From: a bacterium
GTDB lineage: Bacteria; UBA8248; JACPRG01; G963555815
Reading direction: 5' to 3'
Length of the DNA: 64,000 nucleotides
Assembly: GCA_965218795.1 (NCBI GenBank)
Contig: OZ244653.1
Span: forward strand, 1,824,001-1,888,000
Shown: in pieces, positions 59,788 to 64,000 of the stretch
How the letters are laid out: each line of letters opens with the position of its first letter
Position numbering within the stretch: position 1 is the stretch's first letter
Translations under genes and position numbers: made by a program
Notes under the pieces: model-generated
What the model was told of the DNA's origin: nothing
The model's input: only the letters and a program-made list of their open reading frames with translations
The model's database searches: none

Positions 59788-60711
59788 ATGAACGATATCG
59801 ACAACATCCAAGCGCAAGCGCAGTCCGTCACCGCCACCGTCTGCGACCAGGCGGCTCTCTTCGGCGCTACCCCGGAGCAAGACGAATTCGACAACCGGGA
59901 GCTCTGGGACCCGGAGAACGCGATCTCCGCCGTCACGGAAGCCTTCCGCATCATGGCACACGGCGTCGCGCCCGACGGAACGCAACTCGCCGACGAGCGC
60001 GAGAGCCTGCTCTGGGGCTTCGTCAACATGCTCGACGCCCAGACCCAGCGCCTCGACCGCGCGGCCGACAGGCTCGTCCCCGAGATGCGCGACCTCCAGC
60101 GAGAGCAGGACGGCTCCGAGATCCGGTCCCGAGAGCTCGAACTCGTCACCGACCGGACCAAGAACCTCACGGACCGGCGGGACGCCTTCGAGCAGCTCAG
60201 AGATGCAGCGGCCGAGGCCTACCGCGTCGAGACCGGAGATGTCTGGCGGCCCCGGCGCGGGTCCCACACCTCCCAGACCGGCAAGCTCACCTCGGCCATG
60301 ATCGACGCCCGCGACTTCCAGAGAGCCCGCAGGGACCGCGAGAACAAGGCGATCCTGCCCCAGGGAACCCTCGTGGCGGTGGCAGGCGGCAAGCAGGCCG
60401 GCGACGCAGGTACGGTCATCCGGCACCTGGAGAGGCTCAAGGCCAAGTACGACGACGTGGTCCTGGTCCACGGAGGCGGCCCCGGCGTCGAGCGCATCGC
60501 GGCCAAGTGGGCGGATCGCAACGGCGTCCATCAGATCGTCTGCAAGCCCGACTGGGACGCACACGGCAGGGCCGCTCCCTTCCGTAGGAACGACGAGCTG
60601 CTGGACCTGTTGCCCAAGGGCGTCATCGCGTTCCCGGGTTCGGGCATCACGGACAATCTGGTGGACAAGGCGCGCAAGCTCGGTATCCCGGTCCAGTGCG
60701 TTGCCGCCTGA
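59788..60711 (+). CDS. DUF2493 (YspA/SLOG-family) domain protein, outer copy
   Basis: near-identical to 44521-45444; AAGGAGA RBS. Confidence 0.85.
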   Translation: MNDIDNIQAQAQSVTATVCDQAALFGATPEQDEFDNRELWDPENAISAVTEAFRIMAHGVAPDGTQLADERESLLWGFVNMLDAQTQRLDRAADRLVPEMRDLQREQDGSEIRSRELELVTDRTKNLTDRRDAFEQLRDAAAEAYRVETGDVWRPRRGSHTSQTGKLTSAMIDARDFQRARRDRENKAILPQGTLVAVAGGKQAGDAGTVIRHLERLKAKYDDVVLVHGGGPGVERIAAKWADRNGVHQIVCKPDWDAHGRAAPFRRNDELLDLLPKGVIAFPGSGITDNLVDKARKLGIPVQCVAA

Positions 60712-61165
60712 TCCGAACGACCTCGCGGGTCGTGTCGCCACCCGGCGGCGCGGCCCGTTCTTCCTTCCTTCACGTCCCGCTGCACTGTGCACCGCACCGG
60801 TGCGGACCCCACTGCTGACTCCGTCCCGCACTGCTCCATGCACCGTGCTCCGCACGGCCGTCCGCTCAATCGCCGCGGCGGCTCCCCCGCGCGTCCCGCG
60901 CCCGCGGAGATCCCCTCTTCGCTCGTTCCTCGCATTCTGGTCTGTCGGACGCCGGTCGGCGCTTTTACTCTCACACCCCACGCATCGCTGATGCACTTCC
61001 GGCCAGCGTCCGCCATCGCGTGAACTGGCGGAAACGTCCGTAAATACAGGGCCTTCCGGCTCGACCCGTCCCGCCCAGGCGCGCGGCTTCCTTGGATAAA
61101 CGCCGCCGCGGCCGCTTCCTATACTGACCACCGGTCGCGCGGCCCAACTCAGGGAGCCGCGACCC

Positions 61166-62356
61166 ATGACCGACCCAAACAGATCCACCTTCGCGCGCCG
61201 CGTCCGCGCCGCCAGGCCCCGTAACAAGCCCTACGATGTCTGGGACGACGTGATTTCCGGCCTCGCGCTGCGCGTCGGCACGACCGGCTATCGCTCGTTC
61301 TTTCTACGCCGCAGCGTGCGCGGGCACAAACGCTACGCCACCATCGGCAACGCCGACGAGATGACCGTACCCGAGGTCCGGCGGGAGGCCCGCAAGCTGA
61401 TCGCCGCCTTCATCGACACGTTGAAGACGAACGACGGCCCCAGGACGCCCGGCCGACCGATGGACGCCTTCGCCGACGAGTTCCTCGAACGCTACGCCCG
61501 CCACTGGAAGCCCAAAACCCTGGAGTCCAGTGCCCTCTGCATACGCAAGTACATTCTCCCCGCCTTCGGCCACCTCACCGTGGACGCCATCACCGTCGAG
61601 CACGTCAAGGACTGGTTCGCCTCCATGGCCGACCGGCCCGGCATGGCCAACCGCTCCATGCCGGTCCTGTCCGTCATGATGCGCATGGCCGAGCTTTGGG
61701 GCTACCGGCCGCACAACTCCAATCCCTGCAAGAACACGAAGCGATACCGGATGCAGGCCAGGGAACGGTTCCTTACGGCCGAGGAGATGGCCCGGCTCAA
61801 CGCGGTGCTCACCCGCGATGAGTTCTATTGTCCCCAGGTCGTCGCCATCATCCGCCTGCTCATGCTGACCGGCTGCCGCCTGGGCGAGATCGTCTCGCTC
61901 GAATGGGGCTGGATCAAGGGCAAGCGGATCCATCTCCCCGATTCCAAGTCAGGGCCACGTACGGTCTGGCTGTCCAGCGCCGCCCGCGCGGTTATCGACG
62001 CCATACCGCACTACAGCGAAGATTGCCCGTTCCTCTTTCCCGCCCGTCCCCCCACGAGCCACATCGAGAACTTTGCCAACCAATGGCATCGCATCCGCAA
62101 GGAGGCCGGTCTGGAAGGGCTGCGGATTCACGACCTCCGCCACAACTGGGCTTCGGTCGCGGCCATGAACGGCGTGGATATGGTCACCATCGCCAAGCTC
62201 TTGGGCCATGCCCTGGTCGAGACCACGGAGCGTTACGCCCACCTTTCCGACCAGTCGGTATCGGACGCCGCCAACCGGATGTCGAACCGCATTCAGGCCG
62301 CCCTGGCCGGAAGGGGCGCGGAGGGTAAGGGAGGGTCCGATCATGCCCACGGTTGA
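61166..62356 (+). CDS. tyrosine integrase with arm-binding domain, pair 2 gene A
   Basis: WDDVISGLALRV; LTGCRLGE, DSKSG, HDLRH, LLGH, TERYAH. Confidence 0.92.
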   Translation: MTDPNRSTFARRVRAARPRNKPYDVWDDVISGLALRVGTTGYRSFFLRRSVRGHKRYATIGNADEMTVPEVRREARKLIAAFIDTLKTNDGPRTPGRPMDAFADEFLERYARHWKPKTLESSALCIRKYILPAFGHLTVDAITVEHVKDWFASMADRPGMANRSMPVLSVMMRMAELWGYRPHNSNPCKNTKRYRMQARERFLTAEEMARLNAVLTRDEFYCPQVVAIIRLLMLTGCRLGEIVSLEWGWIKGKRIHLPDSKSGPRTVWLSSAARAVIDAIPHYSEDCPFLFPARPPTSHIENFANQWHRIRKEAGLEGLRIHDLRHNWASVAAMNGVDMVTIAKLLGHALVETTERYAHLSDQSVSDAANRMSNRIQAALAGRGAEGKGGSDHAHG

Positions 62357-63536
62357 CCTCACCCCGCGCCTGGCCCGCGAGAGCAGGCCCGGCCACAAGG
62401 ACACGTTCCTGTTCGACAGGACGCTCCCCGGCTTCGGCCTTCGCATCCACCCCTCGGGGCGTAAGGTCTGGATCGTCCAGGCCCGCATCGAGGGACGGAG
62501 CCGGCGCATCGTCATCGCCCGCCATGGCGAGATGGAGTTATCGGAAGCCCGCCGCCGCGCCCGCGACATGCTCGGGCGCATCCGCGCGGGCGAGAACCCC
62601 GCCGAGGACATCCGCAGGGAGAAGGAGACGCCGACGCTCGGGGAGTTCGCGGACGAATACCTGCGCCGCTGCGATCCGCTTTGGAAGCCTTCCGGGCGCA
62701 AGACCGTGCGAATCTATCTCAAGGCCCGCATCCTGCCCGCCTTCGGTAGGATGCCCATCGACCGGATCGGCCCCGAGGACGTGGCCGCGTGGTTTGACGC
62801 GGCGAGCAAGGACAGGCCGGGCGCGGCCAACCGGGCGTTCGAGATACTCCGCGCGATGATGTTCCGGGCCGAGGAATGGGGCTGGCGCGAGCGCGACAGC
62901 AATCCCTGTCTCGGCATCGTCAAGAACCCGAGGAACCATGTCGCCCGGTTCCTCGACACGGACGAGTTGGCGCGGCTGGGCCGCGCGCTCGACGCCCGCG
63001 AAGCGGAATGGCCCGAGGCCGTCGCGGCGATCCGGCTGCTGGCCCTGACCGGATGCAGGCGGGGCGAGGTGCTCAATCTCAGATGGCGCGACATCGGTAA
63101 CGACGCCATCAACCTGCCCGACTCCAAGACTGGTCCGCGCGCGGTGCCGCTCGGCGAAACCGCACGGGCGCTGATCGACGCGCTGCCCGGACCGCGCGAT
63201 GCGGAAGCATGCCTGTTTCCGCGACATGCCGACGGCCGGGGTCTCTGGATTCTCGTGAACTGCTGGCGCACGGTCTGCGCCGACGCGAAGCTCGGCAGGC
63301 CGCGTCTGCATGACTTGCGGCATACCGCCGCCAGTCACGCCGTCATGTCCGGCGAAAACCTTCCGCTCGTGGGAAAATTGCTCGGGCATCGGCGGCACCA
63401 GACCACGGCGGGCTATGCCCACCTGGCGGATGCGCACCTTATCGAAGCGGCGGAAAGGGTCGGAAACGTGATTGCAGAGGCGATGGCCTGTATGTACAAA
63501 GGAGGCGATGTAGTTACAGTTACAATATTGGCGTGA
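62343..63536 (+). CDS. tyrosine integrase with arm-binding domain, pair 2 gene B
   Basis: FDRTLPGFGLRI; LTGCRRGE, DSKTG, HDLRH, LLGH, TAGYAH; overlaps gene A by 14 bp. Confidence 0.92.
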   Translation: MPTVDLTPRLARESRPGHKDTFLFDRTLPGFGLRIHPSGRKVWIVQARIEGRSRRIVIARHGEMELSEARRRARDMLGRIRAGENPAEDIRREKETPTLGEFADEYLRRCDPLWKPSGRKTVRIYLKARILPAFGRMPIDRIGPEDVAAWFDAASKDRPGAANRAFEILRAMMFRAEEWGWRERDSNPCLGIVKNPRNHVARFLDTDELARLGRALDAREAEWPEAVAAIRLLALTGCRRGEVLNLRWRDIGNDAINLPDSKTGPRAVPLGETARALIDALPGPRDAEACLFPRHADGRGLWILVNCWRTVCADAKLGRPRLHDLRHTAASHAVMSGENLPLVGKLLGHRRHQTTAGYAHLADAHLIEAAERVGNVIAEAMACMYKGGDVVTVTILA

Positions 63537-63539
63537 GGA

Positions 63540-64000
63540 CTACGCATCCGAAGCGCGTGTAACCCTAAACATCCGGTACATCATGCTCCGCAGATCGTCG
63601 TCCCAATCAATTTCGGCGGCTTTCAACGCCATAATGAAGTCCACTTGTTCCTTGCTATGCGGCGGGCGGCGTAATATCTCGCGTAGGGTCTGCGGATCAA
63701 AAAATCTATGAAGATAATCGTAAGGATTCTTTCCGCTTGCTATCTGCTCAACCATTATCTTCGCCCACTGCCTTCTTCCCTGTCGCTTGTGGCTGTCCTC
63801 GATATCGAAAAAATCTTTCTCTGAAGGAGTTACATTCCTAGCGAACACATTGTTAATTTCGCGAATAAGGCCATTTAACAATCTGAAATGCTTGCGAATT
63901 ATGCCGGATAGCTGCACCTTTTCGCCGTGAAGAGTCAAGACAAAGTTTTGAGACCTGTCATTCCATTTTCCAGACTGTATCAAATTATCAATATAATACA
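63540..64000 (-). CDS. hypothetical protein, AT-rich, probably extends beyond the window
   Basis: 147-aa ORF at the window edge, convergent with integrase pair 2. Confidence 0.5.
   Translation of the reverse strand, partial: YYIDNLIQSGKWNDRSQNFVLTLHGEKVQLSGIIRKHFRLLNGLIREINNVFARNVTPSEKDFFDIEDSHKRQGRRQWAKIMVEQIASGKNPYDYLHRFFDPQTLREILRRPPHSKEQVDFIMALKAAEIDWDDDLRSMMYRMFRVTRASDA

Overview
GC-rich bacterial chromosome. Bases 1-11.5 kb are housekeeping/metabolic genes: nagA, a D-aminoacylase, a TPR protein, cytochrome c', a 2Fe-2S ferredoxin, Fe/Mn SOD, an N-truncated BMP-type solute-binding protein, an isochorismatase-family hydrolase and an LLM oxidoreductase. The rest (~11.7-63.5 kb) is a nested, partly decayed mobile region bracketed by two different tandem pairs of arm-binding tyrosine integrases (12.1-14.5 kb and 61.2-63.5 kb). 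It carries an esterase autotransporter, a chimeric lipoprotein-ankyrin protein and several IS remnants. It also holds an uncharacterised module (small gene, 8xCxxC Arg-rich zinc-finger protein, small acidic ORF, ssb, Toprim protein, DUF4326, DUF2493). The strongest signal is that the ssb of this module is split by a ~33 kb element. The element is bounded by a direct repeat ACATGTTCGAGAA (24275-24287 and 57434-57446), has matching arm-type repeats near both ends and has its own integrase next to the left end. It carries a complete six-gene BREX type 1-like system, a HEPN-like gene, a large REase-NACHT (Avs-like) gene and an inverted second copy of the host module. The intact ssb in that second copy has a silent change inside the attachment core. 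No rRNA, tRNA or CRISPR array was seen. Family calls come from motif recognition only; no database searches were run.
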